64,000 bases of DNA from Anaerolineae bacterium (GCA_034429215.1 DAOUGI010000126.1:49213-113212); one strand, 5' to 3'; positions 53,938 through 62,740 are shown, counted from the first letter of the stretch. The notes: generated by a model from the letters alone, not told the origin. Made by a program: numbers and translations.

Positions 53938-54513
53938 TCAGGTGCGCGCGGGCGGCGCGTCGCCTGCACCCTCTTGTCGGCCATCCGCTCCGAATGCCGG
54001 GTGAAACTCAACGGCGCCCTGCGGAACATGGCTGTCAAAAGACAGGGCGAAGAAAGCCTCTTCCGGCACCCCATCGCAGTCAAGCCCGCGGATGTTGTTC
54101 TGGAACCCAAAGCGGCCATAGTACCCCGGATGTCCCACGAGGCAGCATCCCCGGGCGCCAAGGTCCTTCAGACGCAATAGCCCTGCCCGGATCAACGCGC
54201 TGCCAATCCCCCTTTGCTGGCATTCCGGCAATACCGACACAGGCCCGAGCCCATACCAATCCGGGGTGCCGTCGGAAATCGTCACCGGGGAGAAGGAGAT
54301 ATGCCCCACGACGCGCCCATCCACCTCAGCTACCAGCGAGACCGCGAGCGCCTCGGCGGCGCGCAGTGCGGCAACGATGAAATGCTCCGTCTGGTTGCTA
54401 ATGGCCAGGGTCTTGAACGCAGCAGCCGTAACCTCGGCGATGGCGCCGACGTCGTCGCTCGTTTCACTTCTGATTAGTACCTTGTCCGTCACGTGCCTGA
54501 ATCCCTCTCTCAT
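53938..54513 (-). CDS. GNAT-family N-acetyltransferase
   Basis: ...VLPECQQRGIGSALIRAGLLRLKDLGA... acetyl-CoA motif. Confidence 0.8.
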   Translation of the reverse strand: MREGFRHVTDKVLIRSETSDDVGAIAEVTAAAFKTLAISNQTEHFIVAALRAAEALAVSLVAEVDGRVVGHISFSPVTISDGTPDWYGLGPVSVLPECQQRGIGSALIRAGLLRLKDLGARGCCLVGHPGYYGRFGFQNNIRGLDCDGVPEEAFFALSFDSHVPQGAVEFHPAFGADGRQEGAGDAPPART

Positions 54514-54603
54514 GGGCTAGACTCACAACGTCATTATAGCAGGTATCCAAGAGCCGGTCAACCCCCATCGGAACAGCATCGCTCGCCACAGCGGTATGCG
54601 AAT

Positions 54604-54649
54604 TTGACACATGATGGATTATAGTGTAATATATGCGTTAGTCATATAT
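54604..54649 (+). promoter_or_regulatory. Promoter TTGACA-17-TAATAT overlapped by a 7-7-7 inverted repeat (candidate PadR operator)
   Basis: TTGACA at 54604-54609 and TAATAT at 54627-54632. ATATATG (54629-54635), N7, CATATAT (54643-54649). Confidence 0.5.
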
Positions 54650-54674
54650 AGGATGACAGATAAGAGGTGAGGGT

Positions 54675-55067
54675 ATGTGTGAGGGACACCACAGTGAGCG
54701 GATGGGCAGCGAAGGCCGGTGCCATCGCCACGGAGGCCATGTGCGCAGCTTTATCCAGCCCCGGCTGCTGCTGCTGCTGGCGGCCAAGCCGGCGCACGGC
54801 TATGAGCTGATGGACCGGCTCGGCCAGGAGGAGGACCCGGGGGCCGACCCCGGGCTGCTGTACCGGACGCTGCGCCAGTTCGAGGAAGAGGGGCTGGTGC
54901 GGTCGTCGTGGGACACGGAGGGCCGCGGCGCGGCCCGGCGGGTGTACGAGATCACCGACGAGGGGATCGACTACTTGCACGCCTGGGCGGTGAATATCCG
55001 CCGCACCCGGGAGCGGCTGGAGCGGTTCCTGAGCGACTATGAGGCCCATTTCCAGGTTGGAGAATAG
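54675..55067 (+). CDS. PadR-family transcriptional regulator with His/Cys-rich N-terminal extension
   Basis: LLLLLAAKPAHGYELMDRL...LLYRTLRQFEEEGLV...RRVYEITDEG. N-terminus MCEGHHSERMGSEGRCHRHGGH. Confidence 0.85.
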   Translation: MCEGHHSERMGSEGRCHRHGGHVRSFIQPRLLLLLAAKPAHGYELMDRLGQEEDPGADPGLLYRTLRQFEEEGLVRSSWDTEGRGAARRVYEITDEGIDYLHAWAVNIRRTRERLERFLSDYEAHFQVGE

Positions 55068-55143
55068 ACGCTCGCCCGGCCATCCCGCCAAGGGAACGGA
55101 CGGGTGAGCCGACCGGTAGATTCGAAGAAAGGAGGTGAAACAT

Positions 55144-55464
55144 ATGAGAAAACATGACGAGCATCACCACTGCCACGGTCACGGCGGTGAGGGTCACTGG
55201 GGCAAAGGCCCGCAGCACCCCCATCACGGCCACGGCGGACACGAGGGGCACGAGTGCTGCGGCGGACACGGTGGGCATCGACGCCACGACGGCGAGTGCT
55301 GCCGCGGCGGCGAGGGCAGGGGCATGGGCCCCGGCGCCCCCTTCAGGCGGCACTTTCCCACGCGCGAAGAGCAGATCGCCTGGCTCGAGGAGTACCTGAA
55401 AGAGCTTCAGGCCGAAGCCAAGGGCGTGGAAGAGCGGATCGCCGAGCTGCAAGCCGGCGAGTAA
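55144..55464 (+). CDS. His/Cys-rich small protein with DUF5320-like C-terminal coiled coil
   Basis: MRKHDEHHHCHGHGGEGHWGKGPQHPHHGHGGHEGHECCGGHGGHRRHDGECC... then REEQIAWLEEYLKELQAEAKGVEERIAEL. The ATG at 55144 is 8 nt after AAAGGAGG. Confidence 0.7.
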   Translation: MRKHDEHHHCHGHGGEGHWGKGPQHPHHGHGGHEGHECCGGHGGHRRHDGECCRGGEGRGMGPGAPFRRHFPTREEQIAWLEEYLKELQAEAKGVEERIAELQAGE

Positions 55465-55466
55465 GA

Positions 55467-55505
55467 GGGACGGGCGGCGCACCTATTGGGTGCGCCGCCC
55501 GTCCC
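55467..55505. terminator. Perfect 17-bp-stem hairpin between convergent genes
   Basis: GGGACGGGCGGCGCACC-tattg-GGTGCGCCGCCCGTCCC. Confidence 0.7.
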
Positions 55506-55513
55506 TATTGGGC

Positions 55514-56959
55514 TCACTCCCCCACACCCTCCAGGTCGCGGTCGGCGGCGCGCAGGATGTCGTCCAGCTCACCGATGACGCCGTCGGGCAGGGGATCGAC
55601 CAGGGGGCCTTCGAGGATGGCCCGGACCTGCTCGCGGGCGGCCGAGTAGAGGGTGGGCCGGCCCAGCTCGGCCCAGGCTTCGTAGGTGTGGCGGTCGAAG
55701 AGGCGGGGGATGTAGAACTCGCCGCTGCGGGCCGCCCGGCGGGTGCCTTTTTCCATCAAAAAGTGGCCGCCCGGCCCCACGGCGGCTATCTCGTCAAAGA
55801 GGTCTTTTTCGGGCGCGCAGTCGACCCCCTCGCACAGCCGCTGGCACAGGTGGGCGATCTCGTTGTCGACCAGGATCTGTTCGAGGACCAACAACTGGTC
55901 GCTTTCGATCTCGCCATAGCCGACGATGATGTCGGCGCCGGCCATGGCCGGGGGGAGGGTGGTGATCAGCTTTTCGATGACGGCTTCGGGCCCGGCGATC
56001 TTGGCGTCGGAGGTGCAGCCCGCCCCGCCGTTGGGCAGATCGTAAAAGCGGCCCATGGCGGCCAGCGCGGCGGACTGGAGGCCCATCTCGGCGGTGCCGG
56101 CCAGGTAGCCGCCGCTGCGAAAGTCGAGCGAGCCGATGGCGCTAGCGTAGATGAGAGGCCGGCCGGGGTGGGCGAGCTGGTAGATGACGATGGCCGACAG
56201 GGCCTCGGCGTTGGCCACGGCGATGTTGGAGAAGAGACCGGCCGGGCCGGTGGTGCCGTTGACCGGCATGGGCATGAGCATGACCGGCAGGTCGAACTCG
56301 CCCAGCTCCAGGTAGGCGTCGAGCATCTGTCCATCGTGGGTCAGGGGGGCGATGGTGCAGTAGATGAGGGAATAGTCCTTGCATGCCTTGAGCGCGTCTT
56401 CGCTGCCGGCGACCGCCTTGAGGGCGGCGACCAGGTAGGGCACCTGCTCGACGCAGTGCAGCTCGTGCTGGGCGTGCTTGGACGAGTATTTGATCATGGT
56501 GACGAACTCGTGGAGCGCCCGGGAGTGGGCCGGAGCATCGGAGGCGCAGGTGGGCGCCCAGGACATGACGCCCAGGTCGGCCTGCTGAAAGACGCGCAGA
56601 GAGTCCTGGATGTCGCGGCGGGTGCCGTAGCGCCGCTCGCCGGTGTCGAAATCGACGACAAAGGCGGCGGTGCCGTCGATGCCGTAGCGGGAGGCGGGCG
56701 AGGGCAGCGGAAGGCTCAGGGCGGGGTTGCGGGCGCCCAGGACGAACGACTTGGGGGTGGTGGCCAGGGCCTGCTCTACCAGCTCGACGGGGATGCGGGC
56801 GATGCCGGCGCCGTCGTCGATCTGGGCGCCGCAGCGGCGGAGGATGGGCAGGGCCTTGTGGCCGTGAAAGCGGACGCCCACCTCGGCCAGGATGCGGAGG
56901 CTCTGGTTGTGGACGCGGAGCTGTTCTTCTTGGGAAAGGGCTTGTGCGGTAAATTTCAT
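55514..56959 (-). CDS. MttB-superfamily (trimethylamine methyltransferase-like) protein, non-Pyl, paralog 1
   Basis: 481 aa with no in-frame TAG. LSQEEQLRVHNQSLRILAEVGVRF, PMPVNGTTGP, ...VGPGGHFL.... Confidence 0.8.
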   Translation of the reverse strand: MKFTAQALSQEEQLRVHNQSLRILAEVGVRFHGHKALPILRRCGAQIDDGAGIARIPVELVEQALATTPKSFVLGARNPALSLPLPSPASRYGIDGTAAFVVDFDTGERRYGTRRDIQDSLRVFQQADLGVMSWAPTCASDAPAHSRALHEFVTMIKYSSKHAQHELHCVEQVPYLVAALKAVAGSEDALKACKDYSLIYCTIAPLTHDGQMLDAYLELGEFDLPVMLMPMPVNGTTGPAGLFSNIAVANAEALSAIVIYQLAHPGRPLIYASAIGSLDFRSGGYLAGTAEMGLQSAALAAMGRFYDLPNGGAGCTSDAKIAGPEAVIEKLITTLPPAMAGADIIVGYGEIESDQLLVLEQILVDNEIAHLCQRLCEGVDCAPEKDLFDEIAAVGPGGHFLMEKGTRRAARSGEFYIPRLFDRHTYEAWAELGRPTLYSAAREQVRAILEGPLVDPLPDGVIGELDDILRAADRDLEGVGE

Positions 56960-56979
56960 ATGGGTTCTCCTTCAAAAAT

Positions 56980-57004
56980 AGATGCTTCGCTTCGCTCAGC
57001 ATGG
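56980..57004. repeat. Dispersed repeat family A copy overlapping the 3' end of MttB paralog 2
   Basis: AGATGCTTCGCTTCGCTCAGCATGG. Its reverse complement is CCATGCTGAGCGAAGCGAAGCATCT. Confidence 0.65.
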
Positions 57005-58444
57005 CAGATGATGGGCGCCTGCCCTGGCACGGGCTTCAAGGCGGGCCAGGTCGCGCTCGACGGGGTCGGGCAGGGGCAAGGGGCGATGGGTTACCAGCAG
57101 GTGGGACACCTGGTCGCGGAGGTCGGACAGCAGGTCGGGGCGGCCGGCAGCGTTCCAATGCTCAAAGGTGTCGCCGACGCCCACCTTGCTGATGTACCAC
57201 TCGCCGCGGCGGATGCCGTCGCGGCCGGATGGCTCGGCCAGAAAGTGGCCGCCCGGCCCCACGGCGTCGATTACCTCTTCGAGCCACCGGTCGGGGCCGG
57301 TGCCAATGCCGGCGCACAGCCGCCTGCAGCGGCGGAAGACTTCGACGTCGATCAGAAGCTGCTCCAGGCTGAGGATGGTCGCTCCGCCCAGCAGGCCGGG
57401 GCCGAGCAGGAGGTCGGGCCAGGAGAGGGCGGGCAGGGCCCAGTTGAGCGCCCGCTCGTAGCCGGCCTGGATGCTGGGGATGTGGTGGCCGGTGCCACCG
57501 GTGGAGGTCTCGGAGGGCAGGCCGTAGTAGCGGGCCATTTCGGTGACGGCGGCGCCAAGGAGAGCGTGCTCGACCTGGCCGCCGGTGTACCGGCCGGAGT
57601 GGGGGTCCATGACGCCCGGAGCGGGAGCATAGATGACCGGGGCGCCCGGGGCGGCGGCCTGGACGAGGCAGAGCATGGCCAGCACTTCGCAGTTGGCCAG
57701 GACGAGGGTGGAGATGAGGCCGGCAGGGGCGGTGGCGCCCATGATCGGCATGGGCATGATGGCCACCGGCAGGTCCCAGCCGACGGTCTCCAGGTAGGCG
57801 TCGGTGTAATCGGCCTCGATGACCAGCGGCGACAGGGGGCAGAGCAGGAAGGAGACGGGGTGCAGGCGGCGGACCTCCTCTTGGCTGCCAAAGACGGCCT
57901 GGAGCACTTCTAGCATCCAGCGGGACTGCTCGGGGGTGACCGGACAATCCTGGACGTGCTTGGAGAAGCAGCGGAAGATGTCCCGCCAGTAGGCGACGAG
58001 GTCGCCCAGGGAGCGCTCGGCAAAGGTTGGCTCGACCATGGCCCAATAGACGCCGACCTCGTCGAGGACGTCGAGCAGGCGGGTGGCGGCCAGCCAGTCG
58101 GCGGCGATCGCCGGCCGCCGCTCGCCGGTCAGGCTGTCATAGACAAAGACGGCGCCCCCGTCGGCCTGGAGGACGCACTCGCCGGCGTTCATGGGGAGGG
58201 ACCAACCCGGCCGGCGGCCGCCCAGGCTGAAGCGGCGCGGGGCCGCTTGCAGGCAGGTCTCGACCAGGGCGCGGGGGAAGCGGACGATGGCGGTGCAGTC
58301 GTCGACTTGAGCGCCGGCCTCGGCCAGGATGCGCCTGCCACGGGAGGTGTCCACCCGGACGCCGGTGGCGGACAGGAGGTGGAGGGTGCGGTCGTGCACC
58401 TGGGCGCGGTCGTTTTCGGACAGAATCTGCAGCGCTGCTCTCAT
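56996..58444 (-). CDS. MttB-superfamily protein, non-Pyl, paralog 2
   Basis: 482 aa. LSENDRAQVHDRTLHLLSATGVRV, PMPIMGATAP, VGPGGHFLAE. The last codons (..CCA TGC TGA) lie in a family A repeat. Confidence 0.8.
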   Translation of the reverse strand: MRAALQILSENDRAQVHDRTLHLLSATGVRVDTSRGRRILAEAGAQVDDCTAIVRFPRALVETCLQAAPRRFSLGGRRPGWSLPMNAGECVLQADGGAVFVYDSLTGERRPAIAADWLAATRLLDVLDEVGVYWAMVEPTFAERSLGDLVAYWRDIFRCFSKHVQDCPVTPEQSRWMLEVLQAVFGSQEEVRRLHPVSFLLCPLSPLVIEADYTDAYLETVGWDLPVAIMPMPIMGATAPAGLISTLVLANCEVLAMLCLVQAAAPGAPVIYAPAPGVMDPHSGRYTGGQVEHALLGAAVTEMARYYGLPSETSTGGTGHHIPSIQAGYERALNWALPALSWPDLLLGPGLLGGATILSLEQLLIDVEVFRRCRRLCAGIGTGPDRWLEEVIDAVGPGGHFLAEPSGRDGIRRGEWYISKVGVGDTFEHWNAAGRPDLLSDLRDQVSHLLVTHRPLPLPDPVERDLARLEARARAGAHHLPC

Positions 58445-58468
58445 TCAGGGCCGATCCTTGAAATTAGA

Positions 58469-58544
58469 TCTCCCCCTCACCCCAACCCTGCCACCTCACC
58501 GGTGGCACTGTACAGCGGTCTCCCCAAAGGGGAGAGGGAGCTAG
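58469..58544. repeat. GC-rich repeat family B (two hairpins + C/G tracts) in the spacer 5' of MttB paralog 2
   Basis: TCTCCCCCTCACCCCAACCCTGCCACCTCACCGGTGGCACTGTACAGCGGTCTCCCCAAAGGGGAGAGGGAGCTAG. Alignable with 62741-62811. Confidence 0.65.
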
Positions 58545-59722
58545 TGTGGGTCCATTTCTACCAGGCCGTAGGGCAGGTCGTAGGTTGGCATCAGGGACAG
58601 GTAGGGATCGGGGTCGAAGGCCTCGGGACCCAGGACGCCGCTTGCCTGCCAGACGCCGCTGGCCAGGAGATCCATGGCTATCACCGGGCAGGCGCCGGTC
58701 TGGAAGGCGACGGCCTGGCAGCCGTACTTGGCCATGCTGAAAGCGTTGTCGGTGGACTGGTAGAGGTAGACCTGGCGGGGCCTGCCGTCTTGCCAACCGG
58801 TGACCCAGGCGCCGACGCAGGTCTTGCCGGTCATCCGGCCGCCGAGGCGGGCGGGGTCGGGCAGGCAGGCCACCACGACGTCGCGCGGCGCGACCCGGAC
58901 CCCTTTGACATTGACCGGCTCGGCGCTGTCCATGCCCAGCAGCTTGATGACCTTGATGGCGTTCATGAACTGGGCATCGAGCCCATATTTGAAGGTGACC
59001 CGCCGGCACTTGATCCAGCGGGGGATGAGCACGACCTCTTCGTGCTCGACACTGACACACTCGACCGGCCCGATGCCCTCGGGAAAGTTGAAAACCTCCG
59101 GATCGGAAAATGGCGGCGTGACGAGCCAGCCTTTGTCCCGCTCCCAGACGAGAGCGGGGTCGGTGCACTCTTCGATGGTGTCGATGATGGAAAAGGTGGG
59201 GGCAAAGTCGTAACCGCTGATTTTCAGGGCGCCCACGTCGCGGATGGCTATCTCGTCGATCTCGTCGAACAGGTGCTTGGCGGCATATTTGGCCAAGACG
59301 TCGGACGCGCCGGGATCCATGCCGATGCCCAGGATGGCCAGCAGCCCCTTTCGCTCCCAATCGCCGGCGCGGGCGAACTGGTAGGCGCCCATGTTGGAGC
59401 CGGTGTCTTCCATGGCCATGTCGAGGTAGGCGCAGCCGGCCTGGAAGGCGGCGTCGAAGATGAAGCGGTTGTAAAAGTTGGTGACGGCGTTCATGATGAG
59501 GTCGACGCCGTGCCGGCGGGCCAGGGCCACGATCTGGGCGGTGTCCCTGGCGTCGACCTGCTCGACCGGGAAGGTATCGGGCGACGCCAGCTTGTGGCGC
59601 ACTTCACGGGCGCGCTCCAGGCTATAGTCGGCCAGGACCATCTTTTCGAGCCAGGGGCGGCCAGCGGCGACGGTAGCGATCGCCTCGCCTACAGCCCCCA
59701 CACCGATGAGAAGTACTTTCAT
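58541..59722 (-). CDS. Saccharopine dehydrogenase-family NAD(P) oxidoreductase
   Basis: MKVLLIGVGAVGEAI Rossmann motif. The Sacchrp_dh N- and C-domain layout is collinear by eye. The ATG at 59722 is preceded by AAGGAGG. Confidence 0.78.
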   Translation of the reverse strand: MKVLLIGVGAVGEAIATVAAGRPWLEKMVLADYSLERAREVRHKLASPDTFPVEQVDARDTAQIVALARRHGVDLIMNAVTNFYNRFIFDAAFQAGCAYLDMAMEDTGSNMGAYQFARAGDWERKGLLAILGIGMDPGASDVLAKYAAKHLFDEIDEIAIRDVGALKISGYDFAPTFSIIDTIEECTDPALVWERDKGWLVTPPFSDPEVFNFPEGIGPVECVSVEHEEVVLIPRWIKCRRVTFKYGLDAQFMNAIKVIKLLGMDSAEPVNVKGVRVAPRDVVVACLPDPARLGGRMTGKTCVGAWVTGWQDGRPRQVYLYQSTDNAFSMAKYGCQAVAFQTGACPVIAMDLLASGVWQASGVLGPEAFDPDPYLSLMPTYDLPYGLVEMDPH

Positions 59723-59748
59723 GCTGCGCCTCCTTGAAAATGGGTAAA

Positions 59749-59796
59749 GAGATGCTTCGCTTCGCAGCCGCGAGCGGCCCTGCATGTCAGCATGAC
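59749..59796. repeat. Dispersed repeat family A copy (interrupted) between MttB paralog 3 and the dehydrogenase gene
   Basis: GAGATGCTTCGCTTCGC-(AGCCGCGAGCGGCCCTGCATG)-TCAGCATGAC. Confidence 0.55.
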
Positions 59797-59813
59797 GGTC
59801 CTGTCAGACGCTC

Positions 59814-61265
59814 CTAGATGTCTCGGTCGGCCGCGGCCAGGATGCGCGACAGCTCGGCCTGCTGCGCTCGCTCCAGCGGCCGGGGATGGTGGTTGTTCAG
59901 GATCCAGTCGACCTTGTCGCGGGCCACGTCGATCGGGTCGCGGAGCCCACCGGTCCCGTCGGGTTGGCCGGTGAGGCCGGAAAAGACCCGGCGGCGCATC
60001 TGGTCGCGGGTGTGGCGCTGGCGCATAAAGTGGCCGCGCGGCCCGACCGCCTTGATGACGTCGAGGGCCAGCGCTTCGCTGCTGGTGTCCAGCCCGGCCG
60101 CCTCGATGCGGACCCGGTGGTAGACGTCGCTGTCGAGCACGACCGCCTCGGGGTAGAGGAGGGTGCACGCCTCGAGCAGGCCCAGGCCGCTGCCGGTCTC
60201 GGCGCCGACCAGGGTGCACAGCAGCAGGGAAGAGGCCGCGTCGCCGGCCGACTGCCAGCCGGGCACCGGGGCGTCGGTGCCAAAGACGCCGGCCAGCGAC
60301 GGCACGCCCCAGCCGTGGGCCAGCTCGACGCCCAGCGCATAGGGCAAGGTCCCCTCCCAGGCGGTGGCCAGGTAGCCGCCGCTGTGGGGGTGCATGATGC
60401 CGGGCATGAGCGAGTGGTAGACCGGCGCGCCGGGGGCGGCCATCTGGATGAGGGCCATGGCGGCCACGATCTCGGCGTCGCCGGCCACGAGCGTGCCGGC
60501 CACCGTGGCCGGACCGGTCGAGCCGACGTTGGCCATGGACATGAAACCGACGGGCAGGCCGGCCTCGGCAAAGACGAGGGCCGATTCGATCCCCTCTTTG
60601 TCCTGGCCGAGGGGGGCGATGCAGCAGACCAGCAGGGACAGGGGCGGGCGACGGCGCATGGCCGCATCGTCGCCGGCGACGACGCGGGCCATCTCGACGG
60701 CATAACGGGCGGCCCTTTCGCCCATGACCGTCTCGGACTGGACGTGCTTGACGGTGTTGTTGAAAGAGGCGTCCAGCTCGTGGAGCGGGGCGGTGGCCGG
60801 GAAGTCGGCGGCGCTGACGATGGGCCAGTAAAAGCCGATGGAGGACAGGTAGTCGGCCACGCGGGCCATGGCGGCCACGTCCTCCTTGGTCGAGCGGCGC
60901 CGGCGGCGGGTCTGAAAGTCGATCGTCTCTACGCCGCAGCCGTCGGTGGCGCAATAGAGGGCTTTGCCGTCCAGGACAAGGTCGTGGGCCGGCGAGCGGG
61001 CGCCCATGGTGTAAAAGCGGGGGGCGCGGGCCATGGCATCGAGCACGACGCCGGGCGGCAGGCGGACGATCTGCCGGTCGAAATCGACCCGCGCGCCGTG
61101 CTCGGCATAGATGTGCAGGGCCCTGGCCGAGGGGCAGTGGATGCCGACCTGGTCCAGGACGTCCAGCACGGCCGAGCGGAGCCGGTGCAACTGCTCGTCG
61201 TCCAGGATGCGCAGGTGATAAGCCGGGGCGATCGGCTGGAGCGGCGGGGTGGCGGTGCAGCTCAT
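59814..61265 (-). CDS. MttB-superfamily protein, non-Pyl, paralog 3
   Basis: 483 aa starting MSCTATPPLQPIAPAYHLRILDDEQL. The start overlaps the stop of paralog 4 (ATGA). The 755-aa ORF N-terminus is rejected. Confidence 0.8.
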   Translation of the reverse strand: MSCTATPPLQPIAPAYHLRILDDEQLHRLRSAVLDVLDQVGIHCPSARALHIYAEHGARVDFDRQIVRLPPGVVLDAMARAPRFYTMGARSPAHDLVLDGKALYCATDGCGVETIDFQTRRRRRSTKEDVAAMARVADYLSSIGFYWPIVSAADFPATAPLHELDASFNNTVKHVQSETVMGERAARYAVEMARVVAGDDAAMRRRPPLSLLVCCIAPLGQDKEGIESALVFAEAGLPVGFMSMANVGSTGPATVAGTLVAGDAEIVAAMALIQMAAPGAPVYHSLMPGIMHPHSGGYLATAWEGTLPYALGVELAHGWGVPSLAGVFGTDAPVPGWQSAGDAASSLLLCTLVGAETGSGLGLLEACTLLYPEAVVLDSDVYHRVRIEAAGLDTSSEALALDVIKAVGPRGHFMRQRHTRDQMRRRVFSGLTGQPDGTGGLRDPIDVARDKVDWILNNHHPRPLERAQQAELSRILAAADRDI

Positions 61266-62716
61266 TCGCGCAGCTCCTGCTGGGCCGCGGCCAGGATGCG
61301 GGCCAATTCGGCCTGTTTGGCCCCTTCGAGCGGAGCCGGGTGGTGGTTGTCGAGGATCCAGCGGACCTGCTCGCGGGCCACCTGCTGCGGGTCGCGGTAG
61401 TGGCCGGTATCGTCCAGGTGGTGGGTGATGGCGCGGAGCATCGATTGGCGCATGTGCTTGATGGTGTGCTTTTCGAGCAGGAAATGCCCGCCGGGCTTGA
61501 CGGAGGCGATGACGTCGAGGGCCAGGGTCTCGGGGCTGATCTCCACGGCCTGGAGGTAGTAGCGGGCGCGGTGGTAGAGGTCGCTGTCCATGACGAGCTG
61601 CTCGGGGTTGAGGAGGGTATAGGTGCGGGCCAGGCCCATGCCGGTGACGATCTCGGCGCCGGTGAGGCCGACCAGAAAGCTGTCGAGGGCCGTCTCGGCG
61701 GCCGACTGCCAGGTGCCGGCGGTGAGGGAATCGGTGCCGAAGCAGGCGCCCAACGACGGCATGCCCCAGTGGTGGGCCATTTCGACCACGGCGTAGCGGC
61801 CACGGCTGTCGAGGGGGTAGCTGACATAGCCGCCGGTGCGCATGTCGGCCCAGGCGTGCATCAGGGAGTGGAAGACAGGCGCTCCGGGCGAGGCAAGCTG
61901 GATCAGGACCGCCGCGCTGACGATCTCGGCGTCGCCCACAGCCAGCGCGCCGGCCAGGGTGACGGGCGCGGTGGTGCCCATGGTGGGCATGGCCAGAAAG
62001 CCGACCGGGATGCCGGCCTCGGCCATGACGAGGGTGCCCTCGATGCCGTGCTTGTCCTGGGACAGCGGGGCGATGGTGCACACCACCAGCGACAGGGGAG
62101 GACGGCGGCGAAGCTCCTCACGGCTGCCGGCGATCACCGTGCCCATCTCGACGGCGTAGCGGCATTCGGCCTCGCCCATGATCGTTTCGCTCTGGACGTG
62201 CTTGACGGTGTTGTTCCAGGAGGCATCCATCTCTTGCAGAGGAGCGGTCCGGCCATAATCCTGGGCGCTGACCATGGGCCAGTAAAAGGCGACGGAGGAG
62301 AGATAGTCGGACACGCGGGCCATCATGCCGACGTCGGCTTTGCACGACAGGCGGCGCTGACCGGTGTCGAGGTCGACGGTCTCGGTGCCGCAGCCATCGG
62401 TGGTGAAAAAGGTCGCGCCGTCCTCGAGGTGGAGGTCAAAGGCCGGGTCGCGGGCGCCCAGGTGGAAGTAGCGGGGCAGGGTGGACAAGGCCTTGAACAC
62501 CAGGTCCCTGGGGATCTTGCAGACCTGGGTGGCGCGGTCTATGCGGGCGCCGTGATCGGCCAGGATGGTCAGCGCCCTGTCGGAGGGGAAGCGGACCCCC
62601 ACCTCTTCCATGATGCGGAGGGTGGCTTCCTGGAGCCGATCCAACTGGTCATCGGTCAGGAAGCGCAGGGCATAGGATGAACGGATCGGTTCGATGGCAG
62701 GTGTGTTTTCGGGCAT
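61262..62716 (-). CDS. MttB-superfamily protein, non-Pyl, paralog 4
   Basis: 484 aa starting MPENTPAIEPIRSSYALRFLTDDQL, with AAGGAG upstream of the ATG. Collinear with paralog 3 (DASWNNTVKHVQSETIMGE versus DASFNNTVKHVQSETVMGE). Confidence 0.8.
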   Translation of the reverse strand: MPENTPAIEPIRSSYALRFLTDDQLDRLQEATLRIMEEVGVRFPSDRALTILADHGARIDRATQVCKIPRDLVFKALSTLPRYFHLGARDPAFDLHLEDGATFFTTDGCGTETVDLDTGQRRLSCKADVGMMARVSDYLSSVAFYWPMVSAQDYGRTAPLQEMDASWNNTVKHVQSETIMGEAECRYAVEMGTVIAGSREELRRRPPLSLVVCTIAPLSQDKHGIEGTLVMAEAGIPVGFLAMPTMGTTAPVTLAGALAVGDAEIVSAAVLIQLASPGAPVFHSLMHAWADMRTGGYVSYPLDSRGRYAVVEMAHHWGMPSLGACFGTDSLTAGTWQSAAETALDSFLVGLTGAEIVTGMGLARTYTLLNPEQLVMDSDLYHRARYYLQAVEISPETLALDVIASVKPGGHFLLEKHTIKHMRQSMLRAITHHLDDTGHYRDPQQVAREQVRWILDNHHPAPLEGAKQAELARILAAAQQELRE

Positions 62717-62740
62717 TTGGCTTTCTCCTTTTGTTGGGGA

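Noticed and set aside
58445-58540. Possible cobalamin riboswitch in the spacers 5' of MttB paralogs 2 and 4
   Set aside because: The elements are only about 75 nt long, and I could not find the B12-box (GCCACTG-type) in the sense orientation. The two copies do not show a consistent multi-stem architecture. The sequence resembles widespread REP-like GC-rich repeats, so it is kept only as a repeat or G-tract observation.
55514-62716. Pyrrolysine (in-frame TAG) or selenocysteine (in-frame TGA) recoding in the MttB paralogs or elsewhere, prompted by the MttB family and by selB
   Set aside because: All four MttB ORFs are uninterrupted at full family length. No same-frame ORF pairs separated by one TAG or TGA with family continuity were seen anywhere in the window.
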